Positions 8,051-17,796 of a stretch of DNA of 56,298 nt are shown here, piece after piece (the first letter of the stretch is position 1; every line of letters begins with the position of its first letter). The position numbers were made by a program, and so were the translations under genes. The notes under the pieces were generated by a model. It was not told the origin of the DNA. It was given only the letters and a program-made list of their open reading frames with translations, and made no database searches. Source of the stretch: an uncultured Oscillospiraceae bacterium (GTDB lineage: Bacteria; Bacillota; Clostridia; Oscillospirales; Ruminococcaceae); the NCBI GenBank assembly GCA_949300115.1, contig CASGDD010000040.1, positions 1-56,298 of the forward strand, read 5' to 3'.

Positions 8051-9198
8051 TCTATCTGGACAACGCGGCGACCAGCTTCCCCAAACCTTCCGCCGTGCGG
8101 GAGGCGGTCGCCCGCGCCATGACCCTATACAGTGCCAATCCCGGCCGCAGCGGCCATCCGCTGGCGGTCTCTACCGCCGAGATGGTCTACCGCTGCCGCG
8201 AGGCGGCGGCGGGGTTGTTCGGCGCCGAACCGGAGCGGGTGGTCTTCACCCTCAACTGTACCCACGCGCTCAATCTCGCGATCAAGGGGGCGATGCCCCA
8301 GGGCGGGCATCTCATCCTCTCCGATCTCGAGCACAATGCGGTGTTTCGCCCCGCCTACGCGATGCGGGCGGCGGGCTGGGCCGACTATACGGTCGCGCGG
8401 GTGACGCTGGGGGACGACGACGCGACGGTGGCGGCCTTCCGCCGAGCAATCCGGCCCAATACCGCGATGATCGTCTGTACGATGGCCTCGAATGTGGTCG
8501 GCTACCGGCCTCCGGTCGAGCGGCTGGCGGCGCTGGCCCGCCAACATGGACTGATCTTTGTGGCGGATGCCGCCCAGGCGGCCGGAACGATGCCGATCGA
8601 TATCGGCAGGCTTGGGGCGGATTTTCTCTGTATGCCCGGCCACAAGGGACTCTACGGTCCCACCGGTACCGGCCTGTTGATCGCGGCATCCGACCGTCCG
8701 CCGCTGCACACCCTCTGTGAGGGCGGCACCGGCAGCCGCAGCGCCGATCCCGCGATGCCGGAGGAGCTGCCCGACCGGCTGGAGAGCGGGACGGTCAATA
8801 CGGTGGGAATCGCCGGCCTGCTCGCGGGGATCCAGTTTGTCCGCCGGAAGACGCCGGAGGCCCTCTGGCAGGCGGAGATGCGGCTGGTCGGGATGCTCTA
8901 CGACGGGCTTTCCCGCATCCCCGGTGTGCGGCTCTATACCCCCCGGCCGGCGGTGGGGCGCTATGCGCCGGTGCTCTCCTTCAACCTGCGGCGGATGGGG
9001 AGCGAGCAGGCGGCGGCCGCACTGGCTGCGCGCGGCTTTGCGCTGCGGGCGGGGCTGCACTGCGCGCCGCTGGCCCACCGGCACTTCGATACGCTCGACG
9101 GCGGGATGGTGCGGGTATCGCCCGGCGCCTTCAATACACCGGGGGAGATCGAGCGGTTTGTCTTTGCGGTGCGCCGGCTTGCCATGGGGAAAAACTGA
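8047..9198 (+). CDS. Class V aminotransferase / cysteine desulfurase family protein
   Basis: IYLDNAATSFPKP start and a PLP-lysine region (CMPGHKGLYGPTGTG) typical of the NifS/Csd-like family. Confidence 0.85.
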   Translation: MIYLDNAATSFPKPSAVREAVARAMTLYSANPGRSGHPLAVSTAEMVYRCREAAAGLFGAEPERVVFTLNCTHALNLAIKGAMPQGGHLILSDLEHNAVFRPAYAMRAAGWADYTVARVTLGDDDATVAAFRRAIRPNTAMIVCTMASNVVGYRPPVERLAALARQHGLIFVADAAQAAGTMPIDIGRLGADFLCMPGHKGLYGPTGTGLLIAASDRPPLHTLCEGGTGSRSADPAMPEELPDRLESGTVNTVGIAGLLAGIQFVRRKTPEALWQAEMRLVGMLYDGLSRIPGVRLYTPRPAVGRYAPVLSFNLRRMGSEQAAAALAARGFALRAGLHCAPLAHRHFDTLDGGMVRVSPGAFNTPGEIERFVFAVRRLAMGKN

Positions 9199-9221
9199 GA
9201 CTTCCGCAGGCGACGGAAATG

Positions 9222-9230
9222 TGATACAAT
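9222..9230 (+). promoter_or_regulatory. Extended -10 element (TGaTACAAT) upstream of cdaA
   Basis: TGaTACAAT lies about 110 nt upstream of the cdaA ATG. The -35 is weak (TTCCGC). Confidence 0.4.
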
Positions 9231-9338
9231 AGGAAGGAAATGAAGAGACGGCCGGCGGGGGCACGGCAGCCCGCCGCCGGCAGGGAAACGGGATGGACGG
9301 CCGGCGTGACCGGCCGAAAGGGGTAAGGAGCGGAAGCG

Positions 9339-10280
9339 ATGGGCGCCATAACAGCTTTTTGGAACGACATGGCCAGCGTCATCCAGACCATCGAAATCAG
9401 CGATGTGGTGGATGTACTGATCGTCGCCTTTTTGATCTACAAGGCGCTCCAGCTGGTGCGGGAGACCCGGGCGGAGCAGCTCTTAAAGGGTATCTTTCTC
9501 TTTATCGTGCTCTTTGTGCTGGCAAGCCAGCTGCGGCTGCGCTCCCTCTCCTACATCCTCGACAACGTCTATCAATTCGGTGTGATCGCGCTGCTGGTGG
9601 TCTTCCAGCCGGAATTGCGGCGGGCACTCGAACAGGTGGGGCGCAGCCGGATCGGTAATTTCGCGCTCTTTTCGGGCGGACACGACGAGGCGGAGGCCGA
9701 ACGTGCCCGCCGTATCCGCGGGATGATTGCCGCGGTGGTCGAGGCCTGCGCCTCCCTCTCGGAAACCAAGACGGGCGCGCTTATCGTCCTCGAGCGGCAG
9801 ACCAAGCTGGGTGAGATCATCAAGACGGGCAGCATCGTCGACGCCCGTCCAAGCAAGGAGATCATCTGCAACATCTTTTTCAACAAGGCGCCGCTGCATG
9901 ACGGCGCGATGATTGTCCGCGAGGACCGGGTATGGGCGGCCGGCTGTTTCCTGCCGCTCTCGGATACCCGGCGGATCAGCCGGGATCTCGGCACCCGTCA
10001 CCGGGCGGCCATCGGCATGAGCGAAAACTCCGATGCGCTGGTGGTGGTGGTCTCGGAGGAGACCGGCACCATCTCGATTGCCGAAAACGGCATGCTGACC
10101 AGGCCCTACAACCCGACAACGCTGGCGGCGGCGCTCGAGCGGGGGCTGCTGCCCGAGAAGGAGGACGAGCCCTCCGCCCGCAGCGGCCTGCTCAAATCGC
10201 TGACCTTCCGCCGGAAGAAGCAGGAGGATGCGGCGGACGGCAAACAGGACAAGCGACAGGACGAATCCACAGGGAGGTGA
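9339..10280 (+). CDS. cdaA: Diadenylate cyclase (c-di-AMP synthase) CdaA
   Basis: Three N-terminal TM helices followed by a DAC domain with the LHDGAMIV and RHRAAIGMSE motifs. Confidence 0.9.
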   Translation: MGAITAFWNDMASVIQTIEISDVVDVLIVAFLIYKALQLVRETRAEQLLKGIFLFIVLFVLASQLRLRSLSYILDNVYQFGVIALLVVFQPELRRALEQVGRSRIGNFALFSGGHDEAEAERARRIRGMIAAVVEACASLSETKTGALIVLERQTKLGEIIKTGSIVDARPSKEIICNIFFNKAPLHDGAMIVREDRVWAAGCFLPLSDTRRISRDLGTRHRAAIGMSENSDALVVVVSEETGTISIAENGMLTRPYNPTTLAAALERGLLPEKEDEPSARSGLLKSLTFRRKKQEDAADGKQDKRQDESTGR

Positions 10281-10286
10281 CATCCA

Positions 10287-11654
10287 ATGGCGGATAAGCA
10301 GGAGAAACGGCCGGCCGAAGAGTCGGAGAAGAAAAATCTCGGCGGCAAACGGAGCCTGTTCGACCGGCTGCTCGCCGACAAACGGATGCGCCAGCTTTTT
10401 TCGGTGATCATGGCGGTCTTTGTCTGGCTGCTGGTCGCGATGACCATCAACAACCAGACGACCGTCGCGGTCAGCAATGTGCCGGTGGTGCTGGATCCCG
10501 ACTACATCAGCCGGGGCTTGGAGGAGGACGCCGAACCGGCGTCGGTCAGCGTGCAGGTGACCGGCCCGCGCACCACCGTCGGCCTGATCACCGCCAATGA
10601 CATCCTGGTGACGGCCGACACCTCCCAGGTCAACGCCCCCTACACCTATCCGCTGACCTTGACGGCCAGCTTTCGGGATGCCGGCTATGAGGCCGACCCC
10701 GAGATGCAGGTGACGGTCGATCAGCCGACGGTCACCGTCAAATTCAACCGCACCCAGAACGAGGCGTTTACCATCGACGCCAACCTGCCCGACGACATGA
10801 ACACCCGGATGGATACCGACCGGTATATGGAGGGGGAGGTCAGCATCTCGCCGGCCGAGGTGACCATCTCCGGCTCGGAGGATCAGATTGCCCGCATCGA
10901 CCGGGTGGTCCTCCAGTACGAGCTGCCCGATGCGATTGAGGATACCCTCCGGTTTGAGGAGTTGCCGATCCAGCTGCTGGATGCTGCCGGCCGGGCGATC
11001 GACCCGGAGGAGGCGGGGCTGGTGCTGAGCACCGAGACGGCCAACCTGACGATCGAGATCCTTTACATCAAGGAGATCCCCTTCAAGGTGGAGTATGTCA
11101 ACGTCCCCGCCGCCTTCCCGATCGATCTGATGCCGCATACCCTCTCGCCGGCGAGCATCACCGTCGCCGGACCCAGGGAGGAGGTCGAGCGGCTGGGTTC
11201 CTGGAGCCTTGCCGAGATTGACCTGCATGACATCGATCTCGAGTACACCCACATCTTCCGCATCGAGATGCCGGAGGGCTTTATCAACATCGACGGGGTG
11301 GAGACGGTCATCTGGGAATTCGACCCGCTGTCGGTCGACCGGTTCAGCGAGGTGACCATCAGCATCCAGAATGAACAGCAGTTCCGGGTCATCAACGAGC
11401 CGGATGCCGCGATGTACAGCTGGGACTATGTCGCCCGCTCGCCGCAGATTGACAACATCCGCATCATCGGCCTCAACGAGCTGGTCGATTCGATCGATCC
11501 CTATGAAATCATCGCGGTGATCGACGGCAATCTGCTCCGGCCCGGCCAGCGGCAGGTGCAGGTCCAGATCGAGACGCCGGGCGGCCTGCTGTGGGCCTAT
11601 GGGGATTACGCCATCGCCATGCGGGTCGATCCGGTGGAGGAGGAAACCGGCTGA
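10287..11654 (+). CDS. cdaR: CdaA regulatory protein CdaR (YbbR-domain repeats)
   Basis: Starts 6 nt after cdaA. Single N-terminal TM followed by repeated YbbR-like beta-rich segments. Confidence 0.75.
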   Translation: MADKQEKRPAEESEKKNLGGKRSLFDRLLADKRMRQLFSVIMAVFVWLLVAMTINNQTTVAVSNVPVVLDPDYISRGLEEDAEPASVSVQVTGPRTTVGLITANDILVTADTSQVNAPYTYPLTLTASFRDAGYEADPEMQVTVDQPTVTVKFNRTQNEAFTIDANLPDDMNTRMDTDRYMEGEVSISPAEVTISGSEDQIARIDRVVLQYELPDAIEDTLRFEELPIQLLDAAGRAIDPEEAGLVLSTETANLTIEILYIKEIPFKVEYVNVPAAFPIDLMPHTLSPASITVAGPREEVERLGSWSLAEIDLHDIDLEYTHIFRIEMPEGFINIDGVETVIWEFDPLSVDRFSEVTISIQNEQQFRVINEPDAAMYSWDYVARSPQIDNIRIIGLNELVDSIDPYEIIAVIDGNLLRPGQRQVQVQIETPGGLLWAYGDYAIAMRVDPVEEETG

Positions 11655-11683
11655 CGGGCGGCAACAAGCGATAGGGGACCGGT

Positions 11684-11717
11684 AAGGGCAAGGCATCCGC
11701 TTTGCCCTTTGCCTTTT
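11684..11717 (+). terminator. Intrinsic terminator after cdaR
   Basis: AAGGGCAA/TTGCCCTT stem followed by TGCCTTTT. Confidence 0.5.
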
Positions 11718-11724
11718 CCGGACG

Positions 11725-11757
11725 ATAAAAATAGCCGCCCTTCAGCGGAAAGGCGGC
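11725..11757 (-). terminator. Intrinsic terminator of the small minus-strand membrane-protein gene
   Basis: GCCGCC-N12-GGCGGC hairpin, followed on the minus strand by TATTTTTAT. Confidence 0.55.
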
Positions 11758-11808
11758 AGGAATCGATGCAATGATATCGAACAGGGGACGGGGAGGCGGC
11801 TGCGGCGG

Positions 11809-12054
11809 TCAATCCCCGCGATCGGCCTCCCGCTCGGCCAGGACATAGGCGGCCGCGGTCGACAGGATGGCGCCGATCGTACAGGCGGGCTGCCAGCGGA
11901 CGGCCTCAACCACCCGCTGCTGGGCGGCGGGGTCGGTGTTGTCGTAGCTGCCGGTGCCGATGAAAAAGCATGCGATGGCAGCGATCCAGAGGATCGCCGC
12001 GAGGATGGGGAAGACCCACCGCCAGGCGGCTCGTTTTTCCCTGCGGTTTTGCAT
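11809..12054 (-). CDS. Small (81 aa) two-TM membrane protein, unknown function
   Basis: Consensus sigma-A promoter, GGGAGGTG RBS, two hydrophobic helices and its own terminator. Confidence 0.55.
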   Translation of the reverse strand: MQNRREKRAAWRWVFPILAAILWIAAIACFFIGTGSYDNTDPAAQQRVVEAVRWQPACTIGAILSTAAAYVLAEREADRGD

Positions 12055-12126
12055 GACAGGACACCTCCCGTGGTGGCGGCCCGGATGGCCAGGGCCTGTT
12101 CTTGTTTAGAGGACGATTGTCCTTTT

Positions 12127-12155
12127 ATGATACCGGATGGGGGGGTTCCTGTCAA
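12127..12155 (-). promoter_or_regulatory. Sigma-A promoter (TTGACA-17-TATCAT) for the 81-aa membrane protein
   Basis: On the minus strand: perfect -35 TTGACA, 17-nt spacer, TATCAT. Confidence 0.65.
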
Positions 12156-12246
12156 GCGCGCCGCCCGCGGTATGGCCGGATTCTCCAACCCGGGGCCGGA
12201 TGATTCGATGGTAAAGGGATAAATCGCCGAATCGGGCGTCCTGCAA

Positions 12247-12275
12247 TTGAAAAAGAGCGCAAAAAATGCTATACT
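12247..12275 (+). promoter_or_regulatory. Sigma-A promoter (TTGAAA-17-TGcTATACT) for recJ-relA
   Basis: TTGAAA, 17-nt spacer ending in an extended -10 TG, then TATACT. Confidence 0.65.
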
Positions 12276-12329
12276 ATACTGGTTAAACTGGGATGTTGTT
12301 TGTCGGAATGGCTGCAAGGTGGGAGAGAG

Positions 12330-14393
12330 ATGCTGGGAATGAAACGTTGGCGGGTCCGCACCTTTGACCGGGCGGCCGCGGAGGAGCTGATGCGGTGTTA
12401 TCAGCTGCCGCGGACGGTGGCCGAGGTGCTGGCTGCACGCGGGATATCGGCGGGGGACGCGGGCGCCCTGCTGGAGGAACGGCCGCTGCCCGACCCCTTC
12501 GAGATGGTCGATATGGACGCGGCCGTCTCCCGTATCCGGCGGGCGCTGGCCATGGAGGAGCGGATTGCCGTCTACGGTGACTACGATGCCGACGGGGTCA
12601 CCGCTTCGGTGATGCTCTGCGGCTATCTTGAATCGCTGGGGGCCGATGTGCTGCTGACCATCCCCGAGCGGGAGGGGGACGGCTACGGACTCTCCCGGTC
12701 GATGATCGATCTCATGCACCGCGCCGGCGTCAACCTGGTGATCACGGTGGACAACGGCATCTCGGCGCTCGAGGAGGCCCGCTATCTCGCCGAACTCGGA
12801 ATGGGGTTGGTGGTGACCGATCACCATCAGCCGCATGACACCCTGCCGGAGGCCGACGCGGTTGTCGATCCCCACCGCGCCGACTGTCCCAGCCGTTTTA
12901 AGGACTTCGCCGGGGTGGGGGTAGCCCTCCAGCTTATCCGTGCGCTCGAGGGGGACACCGAGGCGCAGGAGGATCTGGTGCTCGACTGCTACGCCGATCT
13001 GGCGGCCCTCGGGACGATCGGCGACGTTGTGCCGCTGGTCGGGGAGAACCGCACCATCGCCCGCCGGGGGCTTGCCCGCATCGCCGAGACCGACCGGGAG
13101 GGATTGCGGGCGCTGGGGGAGGTGTCCGGCTTCTTCTCCCGTCCTTTGACCGCCGAATCGGTGGCGTTTATCCTGGTGCCCCGGCTCAACGCGGCCGGCC
13201 GGATCGCCTCCGCCCGGGATGCCGCCGAGCTGCTGATGTGTGACGAGCCCGAGCGGGCCAGAGAGCTGGCCGAACAGGTCTGTGCCCTCAACCAGAAGCG
13301 GCAGGCGATGGAGAAGGGGATCCTCGAGTCGATCGAAGCGCAGCTGGCAGCCCATCCCGACAAACTGCGGGAGCGGGTGCTCATCCTCGCTGGTGAGGGC
13401 TGGCATCCGGGGGTCATCGGCATTGTCGCCTCCCGGATGGTCGAGCGCTGCGGCAAGCCCTGTATTCTGCTGGCCATCGAGGGGGAGACGGCGCGCGGCT
13501 CCGGCCGCAGCCTGGGGGATTTCCCGCTGCACAAGCTGCTCAGCTATGCCGCGCCGGTGCTGCAGAAGTACGGCGGCCATGCGATGGCGGCCGGACTCAC
13601 CCTCGCACGGGATCAGATTGACACCTTTACCCGCCTGGCGCTCGACTATGCGGCGCAGGCCTACGATATCATGCCGGACGGCACCCTTGAGATCGATCGG
13701 GAGATGACGGCCGGTGACCTGACGGTGGAGGCGGTGCGCCGGATGGGGGTGCTCGAGCCCTACGGAGCCGGCAATCCCGCCCCCCTCTTCGCCATCCGCG
13801 ACGCAATGCTGGCGGCGGTCCGGGAGATTGGCGGCGGCAAGCACCTGCGGCTGACCCTTCATACCGCCGAGGGGGTGCCGCTGACCGCCGTCTGGTTCGG
13901 GATGACCGCGGCCAGGCTGCCCTTCCGGCCGGGGGCGCGGGTGGATGTGGCCTTCGCCGCCGAGCTAAACGAATGGGAGGGCAAACAGACCGTCTCCATT
14001 CAGGTGAAGGATATGCGGCCGTCCGGCCTCGATGAGACGATGTTTTTTACCTCCCGGCGGATCTATGAGAAGATCCAGCGGGGAGAGGCGCTGCGCGAAA
14101 GCCAGCGGGCGGAGGCGCTGCCGACGAGGGAGGATTTTGCGGCTGTCTACCGCTATCTGCGCGACCAGCGGGAGGTGCCGGCGGAGGGGGAGCGGCTGTT
14201 CATCGAGCTGCTGCCCAAGGGCATCCGCTACTGCCGGTTGATGCTGGCGCTCGATGTGCTGCGGGAATTTGGGCTCATCTATACGCCGGAGGGACGGCCC
14301 GGCATGATTGCGGTGACACCCCGGCCGCCGCGGGTCGATCTGACCCAGAGTACCATCCTGCGGCGGCTTTCGCGGGACGGGGAGGAGGGATAG
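12330..14393 (+). CDS. recJ: Single-stranded-DNA-specific exonuclease RecJ
   Basis: DHH motifs (YGDYDADGVT, VTDHHQP) and GGHAMAAG (DHHA1). ATG at 12330 has a GGTGGGAGAG RBS and lies downstream of the predicted promoter. Confidence 0.9.
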   Translation: MLGMKRWRVRTFDRAAAEELMRCYQLPRTVAEVLAARGISAGDAGALLEERPLPDPFEMVDMDAAVSRIRRALAMEERIAVYGDYDADGVTASVMLCGYLESLGADVLLTIPEREGDGYGLSRSMIDLMHRAGVNLVITVDNGISALEEARYLAELGMGLVVTDHHQPHDTLPEADAVVDPHRADCPSRFKDFAGVGVALQLIRALEGDTEAQEDLVLDCYADLAALGTIGDVVPLVGENRTIARRGLARIAETDREGLRALGEVSGFFSRPLTAESVAFILVPRLNAAGRIASARDAAELLMCDEPERARELAEQVCALNQKRQAMEKGILESIEAQLAAHPDKLRERVLILAGEGWHPGVIGIVASRMVERCGKPCILLAIEGETARGSGRSLGDFPLHKLLSYAAPVLQKYGGHAMAAGLTLARDQIDTFTRLALDYAAQAYDIMPDGTLEIDREMTAGDLTVEAVRRMGVLEPYGAGNPAPLFAIRDAMLAAVREIGGGKHLRLTLHTAEGVPLTAVWFGMTAARLPFRPGARVDVAFAAELNEWEGKQTVSIQVKDMRPSGLDETMFFTSRRIYEKIQRGEALRESQRAEALPTREDFAAVYRYLRDQREVPAEGERLFIELLPKGIRYCRLMLALDVLREFGLIYTPEGRPGMIAVTPRPPRVDLTQSTILRRLSRDGEEG

Positions 14394-14394
14394 C

Positions 14395-16566
14395 GTGTTT
14401 GATTCGATGTGGGTACAGATTGCCGACGCGATTGTAACGAGCGGGCGGAACTACGATACCGACAAGATCCGCCGGGCGTTTGACCTCGCGGCGGTGGCAC
14501 ATCAAAACCAGAAACGCAAATCGGGCGAGCCCTATCTGGTGCACCCGGTGGCGGTGGCGATCATCCTGATCGAGTTTGGCATGGACGCCGACACCATCGC
14601 GGCGGCGCTGCTGCATGACGTCGTCGAGGATACCGCGGTGACGCTCGAGGAGCTTACCAAGCAGTTTGGCGAGGAGATCGCCCGGTTGGTCGACGGGGTG
14701 ACCAAGCTGGGCCGGCTGCCCCTTTCCACCAAGGAGGAGGAGCAGGCGGAGAATGTGCGCAAGATGCTGCTGGCGATGGCGCAGGACGTCCGGGTCATCA
14801 TCATCAAGCTGGCCGACCGGCTGCACAACATGCGCACCATCGAGTTCATGTCCCCCCAGAAGCAGCGGGATATCGCCCTCGAGACGATGGAGGTCTACAC
14901 CCCCATCGCCCACCGGCTGGGTATCCGGACGATGAAGGAGGAACTGGAGGATCGTGCCTTCCGCATCCTCGATCCGGTGGCCTACCGGGAGATCGAGAAT
15001 TCGCTCGATATCCAGCGCAGCGAGCGGGAGGGTTTCCTCGAAAAGATCATCAAGCGCATCCACGACCGGATGGAGGAGGAGCACTACGACGTCTACCTCG
15101 CCGGCCGGGTCAAGAGCATCTACGGCATCTACCGCAAGGTGTTCATCCAGGGGCGCAGCTTTGAGGAGATCTACGACATCTTCGCGGTGCGGATCATCGT
15201 CGACACGGTCATCGAGTGCTACAACTGCCTCGGGGTGATCCACGACATGTTCCGCCCGATCCCCAACCGCTTCAAAGACTATATCTCGACCCCCAAGGCC
15301 AACATGTACCAGTCGCTGCACACGACGGTCATCGACAAGGAGGGTATCCCCTTTGAGGTGCAGATCCGCACCTGGGAGATGCACCAGACGGCCGAGTACG
15401 GCATCGCGGCCCACTGGAAGTACAAGGCGGGCATCCAGGGCCGGGACAAGCTGGAGGAGCGGCTCGCCTGGGTGCGCCAGCTGCTCGAGGCCCAGCAGGA
15501 TTCGGCCGATGTCGAGGATATCGTGCGCACCATCAAATCCGACCTCGCGCCCGAGGAGGTCTATGTCTTCACCCCCAAGGGGGATGTCAAAAACCTGCCC
15601 ACCGGCTCGACGGTCATCGACTTCGCCTATTCGATCCATTCGGCGGTCGGCAACCGGATGGTGGGGGCGAAGGTCGACGGCCGGATTGTCCCGCTCGACT
15701 ATGTCGTCCGAACCGGCCAGATTGTCGAGGTCATCACCACCAACGCCCAGGGGCACGGCCCCTCCCGCGACTGGCTCAAGATTGTCAAGACGAGCGAGGC
15801 GCGCAACAAGATCCGTGCCTGGTTTAAGAAGGAGCGCAAGGAGGAGAACATCGCCCAGGGCAAGGAGGAGCTCGACCGGGAGTTTAAGCGCAACTATATC
15901 AGCCTGACCGACGAGCAGTATCAGGAGTTTGTCGACTCGATTGCCAAGCGCCAGCATTTCTCCTCGGCCGAGGAGCTCTATGCCTCGATCGGGTATGGGG
16001 GGACGCTGCTTTCCCGCATCATGCCCCGCATCAAGGACGATTACAACAAGACCTACCGCACCGAGGCGAAGGCGGCCGAGCCGCAAAAACCCCGCAAAAT
16101 CTCGACGACCAGCCACGATGTGGTGGTCGAGGGGATCGACAACTGCCTCGTTAAGTTCGCCCGCTGCTGCAATCCGCTGCCGGGCGACGACATCATCGGC
16201 TTTGTCACCCGCGGCTATGGCGTCTCGATTCACAAGAGCGACTGCGTCAACGTGCGCAATACGATGAAGGATCCCGCCCAGCAGGGCCGGTTTATCGCCG
16301 CCCACTGGTCGGATCATGTGACCGAGACCTTTAAGGCGACCGTCGAGATCACCGCCGAGGACCGCGAGGGACTGCTCGCGCGGGTCAGCGTCCACCTTGC
16401 CAACATGCGGATTGCCATCTACGAGCTCAACGCCCGCACCCTCAAGGGCGGGCTGGTGGCGATTACCATCACGCTGGGCGCGCAGGGGACCGACCACCTC
16501 AACCGGATCATTGCCGAGTTCCGCAAGCTCGACGGGATTCTGTCGGTCGAGCGTACCAATCGATAG
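14395..16566 (+). CDS. relA: Bifunctional (p)ppGpp synthetase/hydrolase (RelA/SpoT homologue)
   Basis: HD hydrolase motif (HPVAVA...LLHDVVEDT), synthetase domain (YQSLHTTV), TGS and ACT-like C-terminus. GTG start 1 nt after the recJ stop. Confidence 0.95.
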   Translation: MFDSMWVQIADAIVTSGRNYDTDKIRRAFDLAAVAHQNQKRKSGEPYLVHPVAVAIILIEFGMDADTIAAALLHDVVEDTAVTLEELTKQFGEEIARLVDGVTKLGRLPLSTKEEEQAENVRKMLLAMAQDVRVIIIKLADRLHNMRTIEFMSPQKQRDIALETMEVYTPIAHRLGIRTMKEELEDRAFRILDPVAYREIENSLDIQRSEREGFLEKIIKRIHDRMEEEHYDVYLAGRVKSIYGIYRKVFIQGRSFEEIYDIFAVRIIVDTVIECYNCLGVIHDMFRPIPNRFKDYISTPKANMYQSLHTTVIDKEGIPFEVQIRTWEMHQTAEYGIAAHWKYKAGIQGRDKLEERLAWVRQLLEAQQDSADVEDIVRTIKSDLAPEEVYVFTPKGDVKNLPTGSTVIDFAYSIHSAVGNRMVGAKVDGRIVPLDYVVRTGQIVEVITTNAQGHGPSRDWLKIVKTSEARNKIRAWFKKERKEENIAQGKEELDREFKRNYISLTDEQYQEFVDSIAKRQHFSSAEELYASIGYGGTLLSRIMPRIKDDYNKTYRTEAKAAEPQKPRKISTTSHDVVVEGIDNCLVKFARCCNPLPGDDIIGFVTRGYGVSIHKSDCVNVRNTMKDPAQQGRFIAAHWSDHVTETFKATVEITAEDREGLLARVSVHLANMRIAIYELNARTLKGGLVAITITLGAQGTDHLNRIIAEFRKLDGILSVERTNR

Positions 16567-16601
16567 GGCGGCATGACCGCCGGAAAAGGGGGCGAAGCGA
16601 G

Positions 16602-17060
16602 ATGAAAGCACTGCTGCAGCGGGTTTCCCGCGCGTCGGTGACGGTGGACGGCGAGGTCATCGGCGAAGTTGGGGCCGGGCTGATGATTCTGCTCGGTGTC
16701 CAGGAGGGGGACGGCGAAAAGGAGGCGGATTTTCTGGCCGATAAGACGGCCGGCCTGCGCATCTTTGAGGACGAGGCGGGCAAGATGAACCGGTCGCTTC
16801 TGGATGTGGGCGGCGAGGCGCTGGTGGTCAGCCAGTTTACCCTCTGCGCCGACGCGCGCAAGGGCCGGCGCCCCTCCTTCATCAAGGCGATGAAGCCGCC
16901 CGAGGCCGACCGGCTCTACCGGTACTACACCGAGGCGCTGCGCCGGGCGGGCGTCCGCCGGGTGGCGACAGGCGAATTCGGCGCGATGATGCAGGTGGAG
17001 ATCCACAACGACGGGCCGGTGACCATCCTGCTCGATACCGATGAAATCATGAAATCCTAG
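16602..17060 (+). CDS. dtd: D-aminoacyl-tRNA deacylase
   Basis: MKALLQRV...SQFTLCAD...[15 protein letters not shown] is the canonical Dtd pattern. Confidence 0.95.
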   Translation: MKALLQRVSRASVTVDGEVIGEVGAGLMILLGVQEGDGEKEADFLADKTAGLRIFEDEAGKMNRSLLDVGGEALVVSQFTLCADARKGRRPSFIKAMKPPEADRLYRYYTEALRRAGVRRVATGEFGAMMQVEIHNDGPVTILLDTDEIMKS

Positions 17061-17157
17061 AGGCCCGTCGATGGGGCATGCTGACATTTTTTTAAACAGG
17101 ACTGAGAGGCCGGCGAGGATTCCGGCGCTCGGTTTTACAGGGAAGGGGCTGATTGCG

Positions 17158-17796
17158 ATGCAAATCTATCCGGTCAAGGTGGGCATGATGCAGTGTAACT
17201 GCTATCTGATGCTCTCCGAGCAGAAGAACGCGGCGGTGATCGATCCGGGCGGTCAGCCGGACAAGCTTATCGAGATGGCGAAGGAGCTGGGCGCGACCAT
17301 CCGGATGGTGCTTATCACCCACGCCCATTTCGACCATATCGGCGGTATGGAGGCGCTCTGCCGGGAGACGGGCGCCAATCTCTATATGACCCATGAGGAG
17401 GCGGATATGCTGCGCCACCCGGGGATGTATGAGAAGCGCTACCTCCAGAAGGGGGTGCTGGACGAGAGTCTGCTGACCCAGGAGCTCCGGGAAGGGGATG
17501 TCCTCACCCTCGATGAACTGACCATCGAGGTGATCGGCTGTCCCGGCCATTCGCCGATGGGCGCGGCCTACCGGGTGGGGGACACCCTCTTTACGGGGGA
17601 CACCCTCTTTGCCGGCACCGTCGGCCGCACCGATCTCGAGGGCGGCGACTGGGACGCGCTGATGGGAAGTTTACGCAAGCTGTGCGATCTGCCGGGCGAC
17701 TATCGGGTGTTGCCCGGCCACTCGGGGGAGACAACCCTCGAGCGGGAACGCAAATACAACCCTTATGTGAAACAAGCCTATGCGGGTCGTCAATGA
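17158..17796 (+). CDS. MBL-fold metallo-hydrolase (glyoxalase II-like)
   Basis: ITHAHFDHIGG motif and downstream His/Asp ligands. ATG at 17158 has a GGAAGGGG RBS. Confidence 0.8.
   Translation: MQIYPVKVGMMQCNCYLMLSEQKNAAVIDPGGQPDKLIEMAKELGATIRMVLITHAHFDHIGGMEALCRETGANLYMTHEEADMLRHPGMYEKRYLQKGVLDESLLTQELREGDVLTLDELTIEVIGCPGHSPMGAAYRVGDTLFTGDTLFAGTVGRTDLEGGDWDALMGSLRKLCDLPGDYRVLPGHSGETTLERERKYNPYVKQAYAGRQ

Noticed and set aside
9483-11696. A 737-aa minus-strand ORF. Similar long antisense ORFs lie at 14275-16611, 33982-35832, 11742-13862, 24935-26836, 41330-42859 and 42852-44108.
   Set aside because: All are antisense to well-supported genes (cdaA/cdaR, relA, groEL, recJ, the flippase, purH, purD). 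Their compositions are biased (R, G, P, D, H, L) and I recognise no motifs. I treat them as GC-driven open frames.
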